Below are positions 34,170 to 50,474 of a stretch of 64,000 bases of DNA, piece after piece. How positions within the stretch are numbered: the first letter of the stretch is position 1; every line of letters begins with the position of its first letter. The notes beneath the pieces are model-generated. The model saw only the letters and a list, made by a program, of their open reading frames with translations, did not search any database and had not been told where the DNA came from. Made by a program: the position numbers and the translations under genes. The stretch lies in the NCBI GenBank assembly GCA_964016885.1, contig OZ024741.1:285820001-285884000 (forward strand), written 5' to 3'. Origin of the DNA: Eledone cirrhosa. Lineage: Eukaryota.

Positions 34170-37100
34170 GAAATTATGTACCTCAAATATATTTTCAGCA
34201 GCTTCAATAACAACTATAGATACGTTATCGTTTTTACTCCTAGATTACGGCTCTTGAGTGCTAAAGTGACTTGCTATGTCTTCAACGTTAGGCTTTTAGA
34301 CAGGAGCTGACGAAAGAGTTTTTAAATGGTTTGGTCAACTAGAAATGGCAGCTGTACATCTTTTCATTAAGAATGAAATGATATTAATGCGTTCTTAGTA
34401 ATTTGGCAAAAAATATTTTTGGTCATAACTGGAATTATTCTGATAATAGGTCCGTACAATCATGAATAAATAAGGCTAAATAGCAACGTTATTTTTGTCT
34501 GTTTGTTATTCTACCGATTATATCAAATTCTTACGTTTCCTATAGTTTAATAATTTGCGAATGAGTAAACATTTTAAATTGGTTCTATAAATAATAAATG
34601 CACTTCCCATAGTCTTTCACCCCGAATCAAATGTCCATCAATTCATAATAGAATAATCTAAATCGTTATAACAACTCAAGCATGGAAAAAAAATATATTC
34701 GTCACACAAATTAATTAAATCTATATGCGTGTAGATATATGCATAACGCTTAAATAAACCGTGTGTACCCAAGTCTTTTTTTTTTTCATTCAAGAAAACG
34801 AAAGTACAAGATATTATTAAAACCTACGTAATTGAACTTCTGCTGGAACAGTTTGATCTTTTCGCCTCTACAATATTAAATGATGTAGACTGTAGATATT
34901 GGGAACGTGAGTTTCAATGAACGAAAGAAAAGCCATAATATTTAGTAAGCTTAGTTATTTGTCAAATATAATGATAACTACAAAATAAAGTGAATCAATA
35001 GAGTGAATAATCTAATTTAAAGAGACAGAAGATAAAGTTACATTAATCACTGACAAGATCATGCTGCTGCCTAAACAAGTGAGGCCTGCTTTAGCTAAAG
35101 TACACAATATAGGAAAACCAATTTGCTATATATACGGCCGTCATCAAATACCTCTAAAGCAGATTCTGTAAATAATAAGTTTCCTTTATATGTTTAGATA
35201 TTTAGGCCGTTCCGAAATATGAACTACTGTCTTAGAAATTGCTCACATAACTTTAGTCTGCGACTCGGTTCCTATTCCTGACTTTACGCAATTGTTTCCA
35301 TGTATGTAACCAATTATAGGAAGAAGTTAACAACACCTCGTTTTCAACCACGTGTTATAAAATATTAATAGGTTGTTGGCGTTTTAGGAGGTTGGTAAAT
35401 ATTTAGGGTACTGAATTGATAAATCAGTTTTGATTCCCATGCACTGCTGTTTCTAATTATTTCTCCAGTGATGTTAGAACAATATAAGGCATTCACAACC
35501 TGAAAGTATTGTTTTCCTTAACGAACATATGCCCTATCTTTTAGTTTATGCTTTCTAAGGAATATAATGTTCGAAATATTCATTCACAACTTACATATTT
35601 CCATTAGATCAAATTAATTTGAAGTAAAGTCAGACATATTTATGAAATTATTTAAGCAATTAAACGTTCTATTCGTTTAATGTACAATGTTACAAAACTG
35701 TATTATTATTGATTAATTTTCACCTAGCAGAGTGAACATTTTCCAGAGAAGCTGACGTGTTTAATGAACCAAATGATCTCAGAAGTATTACTTTTACTTG
35801 TTTCAACAAATGTAACCCAGTGGCCTTTAAACATAAATTGTAGCAGCAACAAAATACTCTCTTGCCAAATAAATCACAACTTTATCGACGCTAATATTCT
35901 GTACGAATATTTTCTCAGAAAACTATATACGAGTAAAATATATATTAATTTTTAGTCTAACGATTTGGCAAGATTGACATCAATTGGTAAATATATATAT
36001 TTCAAATTGAATTGTAAATGTTCGCAAAATGAGACGTGTATACCGCTGAGTAAAGACACATGCTGCTCGGCTAAGTAAATAGCAAGAATACGCAAACGAA
36101 ATTGGTAACAGACTGCTAATATTATAGTATACATAACAAATCTCAATAATAGGCATATTTGATTCTGTATGACATATGAAACTGCAATTGTTTTTAATTG
36201 CTGGGTAGTAAGAACGTTAGTGGACTTTATAACGTATTATTTTAGTGCAATGATGCAACGAATTTCTTACTCTACTAAACGAACTGAAGGATAGAATTTC
36301 AACGAATAATGAAAGAACTTCCAAGATGTCGTTCGAGTATTATAAATGTTTAGTAGGCAAATCATTTTACACAATAGCTATTAAAATAACAACATAATAT
36401 ACATCCTGGAAATCACCCCCACAATAAGGATGTAATCTCCAGAGGCACAACGCTTATAAAGGTACGTCTTTTCACAAAAGAATTATTACGTAGAACGTCG
36501 TATAGCTGCATACATTAGTTAAGGTACCATTGCTTCGTTTGACTCAAGTGTTTGATTGGATATTTTCAGAAGATACCTTCACTTCAACAGAGCAGTCACC
36601 TCACCACCCTCGCCTCTACCAACAATCTGTGATGATGAAATCATCTTCTTCCAAAGTGTTAGAATGCGCACATGAACTCAAGTCTTCAATAACTGATCTA
36701 TTATGTATTTAGGCCGTTGTAATCGATTAGACGCAGAGTATACAAAGCATAGAAGATAAGGCGTTTTACATGTTAGGAATCAGTAAAAATCATGAGAGTT
36801 GTTAGTTGGCAATATTTAAATTATTGATTCTGATTTCGCAAACTTTCTTAATATCAACGTCTTTAGATAACAGAAAATAGATTAAAGTCAAATTAAGCTG
36901 TCACTACATGATGCTTCAAGTAAAATGGAATTGCAGTTTTATGACATCTCTAAAAATATATAAAACAGCCCCTTGAAGATGGTGTTAGCATTACTATCCA
37001 TGTTCTCTCTGTAAATGATATTTTTGGCAAAAGTCATACTTCTGATACATATGGGTTTAGAAGTGTCCTTATGTCATTTTACTCTCCTGTATACATACGT

Positions 37101-37200
37101 CCCACTGTAAAGATCTCCGACTTTCACAGGTATAATTTCTGTTAGAGGCTAAATTTAGTTCAACCATAATTCAGCAGACTTATTCCAGGCATAAGTATCA

Positions 37201-37389
37201 CGGTGGATTGGCAGTATCGGTAGAGGGTCGGCGCCATACTTTCCAGCATAGAGTTACGTCACTTTACGATCTGAGTTCAAATCCTGCCGAGGTTGACTTT
37301 GCTTTTCATCCTTACGGGGTCGATAAAATAAAGTACCAGTAATGCACTGGGTAATTGCTGGCCTTGTGCCTAAAGTGGAAACAATTATT
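37201..37389 (+). mobile_element. tRNA-derived SINE (main family)
   Basis: Family consensus. Confidence 0.9.
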
Positions 37390-37922
37390 TACAGAAAATA
37401 TATCCTGAACTATTATGAACATTGTGTTAGCCATTGAAAATAATTTTGTTATTTATTTGCAAATATTAAATTAAATGATGTCACTTCATCGTGCGACTGT
37501 ATACCATACTTGACTTCTCTCACATTCAATATCTGTTTATTCTTCATAAGAACCATTTTCAGTTACAAATGGAAAGTAAGAAAATAGCACAAGCAAATCG
37601 GAAATCTTCAATCATTAGTGTGTTAATAGTTCTTATAACAAATTTTCGTTTGGCAGCTGTTCTTTAATGCAAGCGTTCTTACCCGGGAATATTACTACTG
37701 CTTATTTTTCCAATGTATGCACCAGTCAATGTCAGTTAAAACAATCCTCCTAACTGTCCTGTTATCTTGTCTTGGTTTGCCACTGGACACATAGCTGTAT
37801 AGATAGAGTAGGTGATATTATGTAGCATTACCATCTTTATGTGCAGATATTCACATAGTAGTGGAGGAGTGGAAGCATCATAATAATAATGATAATAATA
37901 AAAATAAAAATAATGATAATAA

Positions 37923-38415
37923 TTGTTTCTACTTGAGGCACAAGGCCAGCAATTACCCAGTGCATTACTGGTACTTTATTTTATCGACCCCGTAAGGATG
38001 AAAGGCAAAGTAAACCTCGATGATTTCTACTATAGGCACAAGACCAGCAATTTTTTTTTTGGGGGGGGGGAGTCTATTAAATCGATCCTCAGCCCATTAC
38101 TGGTGTTTTGTTTTATCGACCCCATAATGACGAAAGGCAAAGCTAACCTCGACGGGATTTGTACTCACACCGTAAAAGGGCTGTAACTCTATGCTGCAAA
38201 GCATAGTTTACGACGCTATACCGATACTATCAATCCACCGCCCTTTAAAATAATGGTTTCTGGTTTAGGCACAAGTCTAGCAATTTGAGGGGAAGGGCAA
38301 GTCGATTAAATCGATCTCAGTGCATTACTAGTGCTTTATTCATCGACCGCTAAGGAGGAAAGGCAAAGCTAACCTTGGCGGGATTTGAACTCAGACCGTA
38401 AAGGGCCGTAACTTC
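37923..38415 (-). mobile_element. Array of three SINE copies or fragments in tandem
   Basis: Tails at ~37923, ~38022 and ~38253. The latter two carry a longer insert (gtcgattaaatcgatc), a subfamily variant. Confidence 0.85.
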
Positions 38416-38686
38416 ATGTTTAGTAGCACATAGTCACAAATCTACACATGGACTGCTTGAGTCTTATCCTAACGTCACTGCACTGTTAACCTGAACAACA
38501 ACATGCTTCGGCGGAGTCTTGAGCGTCTGAGCAGCCCTTTTGGGAACGGTCTACAAAAGCCTGTTCAGTCATCCAACTGACCAGCATCCTGTAGTTGGGA
38601 GTGGTTCATAATAGAAGGGTATTAGTCGAGGTGATAGCCATGTTCGGTAAAAAAGTAGCAGCTATCATGTATGTATGCAAGTATGT

Positions 38687-38802
<116 letters not shown>

Positions 38803-39237
38803 AGTTTGTATGTTATGTACGGATATTTTCCTTTCCCAGAGCCGTAAAGGCGCTATTTTCTTTTCTCTTACTGAGTTATCTATTTGACACCTGTATATGT
38901 TTTTTATTATCTAATGACGGGGGAGATGACCAACATATTACAACACAAATTCTTTTTTCTTTTGGCTGTCTTTCCAGGTTGCACCTTTTGTCTGATGTAT
39001 TTCATGTTCGTGCTTTACCTCAAGTATTTAGACACCCTGAGTCAAACGTTCCTTCGGCTCGTTTGAGAATTTCTCAGTGGCAAACAGCCAAATTTGGGTT
39101 TATTACTGAGGTGGAGATACGGATGATCTTTTTCTACTCTCACCGCCAAAGGACACAGGTCACAGGGCACAAATAGGTGATGAATAGAAAAGTTGTTTCT
39201 TTTGTCTTTCCTTCCATTTGAAATACACACAATACAC

Positions 39238-39282
<45 letters not shown>

Positions 39283-39284
<2 letters not shown>

Positions 39285-39475
39285 CGAAGGAAATGTGGTA
39301 AGGAACCAGGTGGACCATAACGCACCAAAGTACTCAATACTTAGGGTAGTAGAGTGGGTAATAGGAACGAGTAGGACCCCGACGACTGAGCTCAAGCCGT
39401 TTCGACGGCTAATTCTGGATGTCCAGAATTAGCCGTCGAAACGGCTTGAGCTCAGCCGTCGGGGTTCTCCTCATT

Positions 39476-39480
<5 letters not shown>
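39283..39480. mobile_element. Short (TA)n-embedded foldback element (family B) carrying the 3' half of a hammerhead ribozyme
   Basis: An 80-bp leader plus a 120-bp near-perfect palindrome (39361-39480). The arm reads GAAA-CGGCT-tgagctc-AGCCG-TC. Second copy at 57326-57528. Confidence 0.8.
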
Positions 39481-39528
<48 letters not shown>

Positions 39529-39530
<2 letters not shown>

Positions 39531-39579
39531 TTTCCTGCTGATTTCTTTCAAATGAAACAGTTCTAGTCCTGTAGAAGCC
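39529..39579 (+). ncRNA. Type I hammerhead ribozyme motif (family A), core variant CUGCUGA
   Basis: GGTTTC-CTGCTGA-tttctttcaaat-GAAA-CAG-ttctagtc-CTG-TA-GAAGCC: stem I GGUUUC/GAAGCC, stem III CAG/CUG, GUA triplet. Confidence 0.7.
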
Positions 39580-39789
39580 ACGTCTATATTAAATTTGATG
39601 TTTACACTCTACTAATGTATATCGTTACCCCAGATTAAAGAGGGGACTCACACATACACACACATACACACACAAACACACACACACACACACACATGTA
39701 TATATATATATAAAAAATAACGATCGAATTTCGTCAAATCGGACCGCGGAAACAATGTTTCCAGGGTCTTTCCAATTGCGAATACCATC

Positions 39790-39888
39790 TATCGGTCGTA
39801 ACTCCAGGTAGAAGGGGCAACGTCAAATAAAGTGTCTTGCTCAAGGACATAACGCATCACCCGGTCCGGGAATCGAACTCATAACCTC
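39790..39888 (-). mobile_element. Second tRNA-derived SINE family (fragment)
   Basis: Minus strand gagttcgattcccggacc (B box) followed by gcgttatgtccttgagcaagacacttt, a CORE-like SINE body. Confidence 0.6.
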
Positions 39889-39918
39889 ATATATATATAT
39901 ATATAATATATATATATA

Positions 39919-40015
<97 letters not shown>

Positions 40016-40079
40016 GTGTGTGTTTATATATATATATATATGAAAATAGGGAGAAAAAGACGATTATTAGGAAGAAAAA

Positions 40080-41880
40080 CATTTTTTTTTCCTTTTATTT
40101 TTTCTCTTTATTCTGGGTTAGAAAATGTTTAAAACAAAATATTTTACTTTGTGTGAAGTGTTAAGGTATTAGTTAATTTATTTATTAATTAACAATGGCA
40201 TTTATTTATTTATATATTTAATAATTGTCTATTACCAGTTTCGGCATTTTTTGCATTATCAAAGGGGGGAATTTGTATTGGTATAAAATGTTGGAGAGAA
40301 AGTAATGGGATGTTGAACATGTTAAGGAAATGGGAAAGAAAAATAATATTATTTACAAACAAGGTTTTTGAAGTAAAAAGAAAAAAGAAAAAAAGGGGTG
40401 ATGTGGAACATGATGAGGTAATGAGAAAGAAAGAATAATATTATTTACATAGTTTTTTAGGATAAGCAGTTCAAAATGTTTTATTATGGCAAGAGCGCTT
40501 GGTTGGTCCATAGTGGAGGCAAATGGTAGTCTGGGGTTTGATATGATTTCCCTTTTTAAACAGTTAATATGCAGGGGGAGGTAATTCAGGGTGGTCAGGT
40601 AGGGGAGTAATTCATTTATATAAGAAAACGATTAGGTAGGGTGTAAGGGAGTTAACTATTTAGAGAACATAGGGATCGGGCTTTGGTTAATTGTTCGTTC
40701 CAGTTTTAGTTTAGTCCGAAGTTTAATCCATTAAGTAGAGGTTGTAATTTGTTGATGAAGTACGTTTCCTTATTGGTACGATGGATGAAAGAAGAGTTGT
40801 CTATACATTTGTAAATGGGGAACATTTTAAAGTTTGGATGTTGGTTAGGTATACAATTGGCGATATGTTCACTAAAAGCAATCTTTCTGTATTCCTGTAT
40901 TTTGATTTGTGATCTATGGATGGTCATACGTTGTCAGAGGCTGTCTTTTGTCTGTCCTATATAGTGCTCTCGACAACTAGAGCAGGTTAAAACATAATTT
41001 AGGTTTTCAGATGCACATGTAAAGTTGTATTTAACTGTGAAATGTTGTCCTTGTTTAAAATGGAATGTTCAACCTTCTATTAGATTTATGCATATACCAC
41101 AGTTGGGTCTTCCGCATTTTTTTTACTGTAGGGTTTATTGTGAGGGTTCGTTGGATTTTGGCTTGTGTGGGGATGTTTTTTATGGATTTAGGTCTTTTTC
41201 TCTCTATGATGTTGTGTGTTTAGAGGATTTTGTTCATTCTTGGGTCTTTTTTAGTAAAAAATGTTCTGGAGGATGGTGTCGAATGCCTCATTGTTGAGGG
41301 GGTTGTGTGTGGAGATGTATGGTAGAGTTTTCTGTTGCGGTTCATTCCTGAGTTTGGAGTGTTTGAGTTCCTGGATGTTGAGTTTTAGGACACGTTGGAA
41401 TCCATTGTTGATTAGGGATGGTGGGTAGTTTCTGCTGATAAGTGTGTTCTTTAATTCTTCTAGTCGTGTGTGGCATGTGTATTTATCTGAAACTATTGTG
41501 CAGATCCTTCTGGCTAGGTTATAAGGAATTGCCATTTTTGTATGGCGAGGGTGGCACGAGTTAGATGGAAGATATTGTTTGGAGTCTGTGGGTTTGTAGT
41601 ATATGTCTGTTTCTATTTTGTTGTTTGTTTTCTTGATGAGGATGTCGAGGAATGGGAGTTGTTCATGGCTGTAATCCATTGTAAATTGTAAGTTTGTGTT
41701 GAGTCCACTTAGAAGGGTTTTAAACTCAATCAGGCCTTCTATACTTTCGTGCCAGAGGATGAAGCAGTCGTCCAGATATCTCTTCCAGTTTGTTTCTATG
41801 TGTAGGTAGAAGTGGTTACCGTAGTTGTCTAGGACTTTGCGGTAGAGAGTGGTTTCCAAATATCCCATGACAAGGTTGGA
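40080..41880 (-). mobile_element. Penelope-like element, 5'-truncated (RT C-terminus, GIY-YIG endonuclease, 3' tail)
   Basis: WKRYLDDCF, LPFLD, TDIYYKPTD..YL..SCHP, RICTI; then CGRPNCGIC and NYVLTCSSCREHYIGQT..RMTIHR..HI (GIY-YIG with CCHH). Confidence 0.9.
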
Positions 41881-42465
41881 AAATAATAATAAAAATTTGA
41901 GACTGAAATTTGAAATTTACAAAGAAAAGAAATTAGTGCATACTAAGTAATTTATAGTTTTTCAGAAATATTCAGGATTATCTAAGTGTTCTCTGTATAC
42001 TAAAGATATCAATTTACATGCACTTTATGTTCATGATGCCAATAATGATTTCTCACATGTACTCCATGCCAAATAATTTAAGAAGCCTATACTCAATTTG
42101 TGGACACCAATCATTGACTAACATTGGATTTACTGACTTCAGAAGGATAAAAGATAATTGTTTCTACTTTAGGCACAAGGCCAGGAATTAAACAGTGCAT
42201 CACTGGTACTTTATTTTATCGACCCCGTAAGGATGAAAGGCAAAGTCAAAAAGATAATGAACATTGATATTGGCGGGATTTGATCTCAAATCTGAAAGGA
42301 GTCTAACCTTAAGGCGTGTTGTCTGTCATTGTCCCGAGCTTGCCAAATCATTGTTCTCTTTTATAACATGTTATATATCAGCATATTATTAGTGAGTCTT
42401 TCCTAAAGCGAAGTATATTCCTACAATTTTCAGAGGCAAGCTATCCTATCAGATGACAAATATTA

Positions 42466-43962
<1,497 letters not shown>

Positions 43963-46695
43963 CTAACAGAATAGTATTTTTAAGCAAACCTTGAAATTCT
44001 TGATATGAATTCAACCACTGAAGTCAACTCAAATACTGTCTTGAATTATAAATTTCGAACATCTACCTTAGTGGAGAAAAAGATTTTTTCTCGGATTTAA
44101 TAAGGTTTACTTTGCAGTCGGAGAAAGTTTATGAATACTAAAAAGCCGTTGGCATTTATCCAACAGGAATGAATACCTCATTTCGATTTCTTTAAAATGT
44201 CGCAACGTAAAAATTATTAGCAATTCAGTGCAATGCTCTTCTGCAATTTTCTGAACACATGACTAGAAAATGTAACTAGTTGTAACAACCCCTTGGAGAA
44301 ATCTGACCAGGGGATTATTAATTAACACATAACAACCTAACGTCTGTATCGATTACCCTGCATGTTATTTTCAAGGAGACGTCCTCTATAATTATAAATT
44401 CGATTAAACATTTCCCAGGATGTTATGTCTGAATGCGAAGTTCTATGGTAGAAAATCAGTTTTTAAATGGACTTCGAATTTCGGTTATCGTCATATTTTT
44501 AATCGTTCGTTATTAATATATATTAATTAAATCTCTGATATGTGTTAGAATGAAGAAAGTAACATAAAGGTTTCTAATTTAGGTATAAGAGTAGCAAGCG
44601 ATAGTGTAATAATGTTAGACGTTTAATTTAACAGAAGGGTTATTACATTTCTAACCACACACATTGCTTTAGTATAATCTATTGGATCTATTGGCCATAG
44701 AAAATACTTTGGAATTCTTAGATTAGTGGCATATTTAGTATCCTGTAAATGTGCCAACTGAATACATGATATTAGTATACGAGACAAGGGTGTGTTTCCT
44801 CTCACCTTTCCAATCATATATATTATTTATTCCAACGACACGAGGAATCTTAGTCGACCTATCCAGTTAAAGTAGCAATCAAATCTCCCCCAATAAACAT
44901 TCGACTCTATTTAAAATGGGATATTATTAAAATTAACATGCATTGAGATGTATCGACAAAACCAATAACTAGCTGAATACAATGAAAAAAATACATTTAC
45001 CACACAGACAGTATTTTACCATATTCCGTCTTCATGTGAGGCTACTGGTGCAAGAATGCACCAGAATAATGAGGGAATGGAAGACAACATTGAATTAGGC
45101 ATGTTTAGTTTCAGAATATAAAGGAACCTAATAGATATTGTCAGGTAATTTAGTCTAATACTACAGTTTTATCTCGAACGTTGACTCATTACTTATGTAT
45201 ATATGTAACTGTGTATGTATGTATGTATATATGTATGTATGTATGATCATGTAAATATTGATGGGTTCGTAGGGGTTCCCTTGCGATAAACCCCGTGTTT
45301 TAGGCACTTTAAACCTAGAACTCATATCTTTTCCTGGTTGAAACATAGCCGACTTTTGGATGATTATGTTTTATCGAAAAGGAAAGGATGAAAAGCAAAG
45401 TTGACACCAATGAGATTTGAACTCGGAGAGCATCAAGAACAACGAAAAACCTTCGCTCCGATAGTATAACGACTCCGCCAATTCCTTTCACCTGACTAAC
45501 TATATACAAATTTAAACTATATATTCAAGACCTAGATACAATCGAAGTTTAAATCAGCGTTCCCCTATCGCACCTTTCCCGATAAACTTACCCAAAGTCA
45601 ATTTTATTTGACTAGTGCTATAGAATGCAAAACGAAGATAATCTAGTTGAAATTTGAATTACTGACAAAAATCTAAGTATTGATGAAGAACGAACGTCTC
45701 GTTTGCCATCTTGCCAATAAAGAGAAAGTTGGCACGAATGAGATAGTTGCTAAATATTTTTGCCGATGATAATTGAAATCAAATATTGACCATAATATTA
45801 TGGTATACTTTGATAGTATTAAGAACCGAGGTTATCTATAGTTTCTCTACAAGATATAAAATATCGGTTATTTACTTAAGCATAAGTCATCAGATATATA
45901 ATGATGTCTATAATCACTCTTTACACTGACAAGAACATTTTGATTAACGATGCATTTGAAGTACATTCGATAAGAGTAGATACTGATTTCAATACAATTA
46001 GAATTTCCTCACCATATGACGTTATATAATATGCAAAGTTTCCAGGTTAAATGGGAAAAATAAATTAGTATAACTGAAGTACATACTTAATGAAATATAT
46101 ATTTGGCATTTGCTTTTGTTGGGTCTTTTTATTAGTATTTTAACATAATTCTGTTAGAGGATGAAAGGCAACTCACAGCAATTTCCACGGTCTCGGAGAC
46201 TGCTTAGTTTAATAAACGGCAATAGTATCCTAGCGAACGTACCGATCGAATGCCTGCAAATATGTACACTCTATTAACGACACTTAAAGGGGTTAAATGA
46301 GGCGAAAGATTATTTACCAAAAACGTACAAAATCTCAACGATTACCTGTAAGAATAAAAACATAAATTTTATTGATCAGAAAATGTTGCTAGCACTTTTG
46401 TTATTAATGAGTGATTCGAATGAATTCAAGATTGATTTTCACTAGTCAGTTAATATAATTGCTATTTATCATATGTTGATTTATTTCACCCATTATGCAT
46501 GGAGCCTGATGATTATTTGACCTTCAATGGCCACTCAGTTCTTCCTCTTTCACAGTTTACATATCACTGAAAGATACGTCACGTCTGCTTACATAATGAT
46601 CACTGAACACTTCTCACAGAATACCAACTACAATAAATCTTATTAACTTATTAATTTTTTTCTCTAATCAATGTTTCTTCGATTAGTGTTTTGTA

Positions 46696-46845
46696 GGCGG
46701 CGAATTGGCAGAGTCGTCATAACGTAGGATATAATGCTTTGTGGTATTCATTCCAGTTCTCTTCTCTCTAGTTAGAAATCCCGCCGATTTCAACTTTGCC
46801 TTTCATCATTTCCAGGTCGATGAAAAAATACCAGTCCTGTACTGA
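46696..46845 (+). mobile_element. Older SINE copy
   Basis: ggcggcgaattggcagagtcg..aaatcccgccga..ctttgcctttcatc..gtcgat..taccagt. Confidence 0.7.
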
Positions 46846-47643
46846 GGGCGAATCTTCCTTTATATCCCTTTCTCACTTTCTGTCTCTCACTCTCTATCCA
46901 TATCTGGAAGAAATCTGCTGTGTTTAGACCTGGAGAGGGATGGGCTACGCCAGGTTTAAAAAGCCCAAGAAACGCCTACGACTCCTAAAGGAGTCACGGG
47001 ACTAACACATCAAAGGGTTTTATCTACACTACTAGAACCAGAAGCAAGACTAAATCTACAATCTCTTCCTTGACAACTACCGTAAACGCTGACACCATCA
47101 TCACCGCACTAATATCATCAGGATTACTAAATATATCAGCACAATTGTTAGTTTCACCCCGACCGCCAACGAAAGTAACCAAGCTAGCAATATTATAACT
47201 ACCTTGACAACCGACTGATCTCACAACCACTACCAGCCATCCCCAGTATACCCCAACATCAACTTTCACCAGCGTCTCCCACACAACAACATTAAAACTA
47301 ACCTCACCGCCAAACATGACCACAACAACTATAATGGCCATCTCCAGCAACAAAGACACCACCACCAGTAGCATCATTACTCCCGCCACCACCAAAACTC
47401 TTCATATATGGCTTATTGATAGTGACTACATCAAAGACTACATTACCTTGATGATCTATTTCATGTTTCATAACTTCCAGTCTCTCACGTCGTAATTAGC
47501 AGTTATTTTATTGTTTATAACAGCGTACCTATGTGTATGTAAAAGTTTGTGTCTGCATGTATATATATATGTGTGTATATGGGTACATAAATACAAATTA
47601 ATTTTTATACACACACACACACACACTCACACACGCACAAACT

Positions 47644-47700
<57 letters not shown>

Positions 47701-48161
47701 GGTGGCTACTAACTCGTTTTCGAGTACGGCCACTACTTTATATCCATGTAGGAGAACCCCTACCGATGCGCTGAACAAGTTTGACTTTTTAGTCCAGCCA
47801 GCGACTTGAAAACTCTGGTACAAACACTACACTTGTGACAATTATTGACACATAGTGCTGGGTCCATGGTACCATGTGACGACAAGTGCAGAGAGATCTC
47901 CAGATATAAAGCAATGCCTGTGCCGTGAAGCTTTTATAGTGAGCAAAGGCACTGCACAAAGCCAGTCCCACTCTCTTAACGAAGATGATATTTACCAAAA
48001 AGAAGAACAAGTCAACATCATTGCATACCATCAGGGTGGCAGGTGTTATATCAGAGTTTTCCTTCTCCTAGAATTCTGCCTTGACAAAGGCTAAGGGGTC
48101 ATCTCTCCCGGTGATTTGGGATGGTCATTGACTCTTAAGAGGTCCTTTGCCATATACATAT

Positions 48162-48261
<100 letters not shown>

Positions 48262-48270
48262 ATATATATA

Positions 48271-48893
<623 letters not shown>

Positions 48894-49890
48894 GTATCAG
48901 TCGTACTAAGAGTGAGAAATGAAATTTCATTTTTTCCGATATATATATATTGATATATTGATATATTGAAATATTGATATATTTATGTATACTATTTATG
49001 TAAAAACATTTTTTTTTTCAGCTACCTCTCCCCGGGTGAATCGTTGTGGCAAAGAAATTAGACATGTCATCTAGATGGTCACATCAGAAGCAACCATCAC
49101 CAAAAACACCACTATATTGGATACCACTTCATAATACCATTCATCTGCTATATTGCCCACACACTAACGTGCACCTACTCTGCGATTTCAAATTTACACC
49201 TTTGAAATATTTCCATTTGTTATACTAAGTTTACATAAATAAGCGCTTAGTACGCTATATGTTTAACTGTATCTTCAAAACACATCCAGTAATATATATT
49301 ACATTTAGAAACAATTATTTATTTATGTTCATATACAGAACAAAAGCAGCTCCCAATATCTCAAGGCCCACATTTGACTATACCATTGCCTTCTCTATTC
49401 TGTCCGCCGGGGCCGTCGGGCTAGCACGTGGGACCCCATTTGCTCATAAGACAGAGAGATGGGGAGGTCGTGAGAGATGGAGGCGATGATAGTGGGAGTT
49501 CGGCTCTTCTGTGTTCGGACCTGGTGTGCAGCATCAGTTGTCCGTTGGGAGGTAGTAGTTTGTATTTAGCGAATGCTTTTAGAACCTTGTTTTTGCGATT
49601 CCTGTATATTACTATATGTTTGGGTTGAAAGCAATCCATCACAAAAGATGAATTATGTAACATTATGTAACATTGTGTACATGCTAAGTTTATAGAATAC
49701 GAGAGGCATAAAATCTGTGACGAAGAAAGTTACAAATTTCATGCATCTTTTATTCTGAGGGTAATGTAAAATTTGAGCGTTGATACCTTGGGTAGCGCTT
49801 CAGTTCCGTGTATGAACATAAAAATAAATAAAATAATATTTCTGCTCTCTTCCCGATTAAGTGCTGTCCTTTTCACATCTACGGATATTG

Positions 49891-49957
<67 letters not shown>

Positions 49958-49976
49958 CATATATATATACATATAC

Positions 49977-50136
<160 letters not shown>

Positions 50137-50474
50137 TACCAGTTTAGCCCGGCGTTGCTCGGGTTTGTTCTTTTTTTATGAAAAGTTACAAACAGGTAAA
50201 CGTAGCTTGAAAGCGCATAAGCTTATCAATTAAGTGCATAAAGCAGTTGAACCGGTTATTAATAGTTACGAACCAATTAGCATTTTGGACAATCAATGAT
50301 GGGTTAATAATCTTCCAATAGCGAATTTAGTAGACCAAAGTTGCAAGATGGTGGCCCTGATGCTGCTGGGTGTCAGATCTCTCCGCTTTGGGTGACCTTA
50401 CTAGTTTTCCCGACGGCATAGCTCCAACACCTGCACCAACATCTATATCACCTCTTTGTAGACGATATTGCGTG

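Noticed and set aside
34306-34330. ctgacgaaag as a hammerhead core
   Set aside because: No stem II or III and no properly placed GAAA/NUH.
47024-47395. Val-rich or Thr-rich ORF
   Set aside because: Low-complexity (ACC/AAC)-rich sequence with no domain, likely a decayed repeat.
47860-48110. Possible RTE/BovB-related fragment
   Set aside because: Only a vague resemblance, with no translatable motif I can confirm.
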